Positions 63,913 to 64,000 of a stretch of DNA of 64,000 nucleotides are shown here, one piece after another. The notes below the pieces were generated by a model. It saw only the letters and a program-made list of their open reading frames with translations. It did no database searches and was not told the DNA's origin. The stretch is taken from contig NC_087245.1 of the NCBI RefSeq assembly GCF_037042905.1, positions 22,010,001-22,074,000 of the forward strand, in the 5' to 3' direction. How positions within the stretch are numbered: position 1 is the stretch's first letter; each line of letters starts with the position of its first letter. This DNA is from Lytechinus pictus (lineage: Eukaryota). The position numbers and the translations under genes are program-made.

Positions 63913-64000
63913 GAAGTTGAGTTTGCAGTCGATGTCCGATCCGATCGAAGATTCTGCACTGACTGCTGCTTGTGATTCGATCGGAAATTAGTGGGAGGAA

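Overview
This is eukaryotic (animal) genomic DNA: AT-rich, with spliceosomal introns and dense transposon content. The repeat types suggest a marine invertebrate deuterostome such as a sea urchin, but that is inference. Four protein-coding genes can be rebuilt from GT-AG splice sites with consistent phases. (1) The last coding exon of an alpha/beta-hydrolase (+, 9827-10006, absent from the ORF track); its preceding intron holds nested, decayed Ty3/Gypsy elements, including a triplicated RRM + PNMA-like capsid + CCHC gag. (2) A complete 10-exon TMEM241/SLC35D4 nucleotide-sugar-transporter gene (-, 19285-34732, 318 aa). (3) An 8-exon NB-ARC/STAND ATPase + TPR gene (+, 46734-54615, 906 aa) with no obvious N-terminal effector domain and atypical sensor-1 and MHD motifs. 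(4) A complete 5-exon MRPL10 gene (-, 58725-63909, 254 aa). Between TMEM241 and the STAND-TPR gene are two CR1-type LINE fragments and a ~4.4 kb 52-bp satellite that may lie inside one large exon of a spliced antisense transcript. The rest is MITEs, tRNA-derived SINEs, a Helentron-like element with internal repeats, and three tiny palindromic inserts flanked by 7-bp duplications that look like transposon footprints. No rRNA, genuine tRNA or CRISPR array was seen. No clearly novel multi-gene system is demonstrated; the best candidates are under findings.
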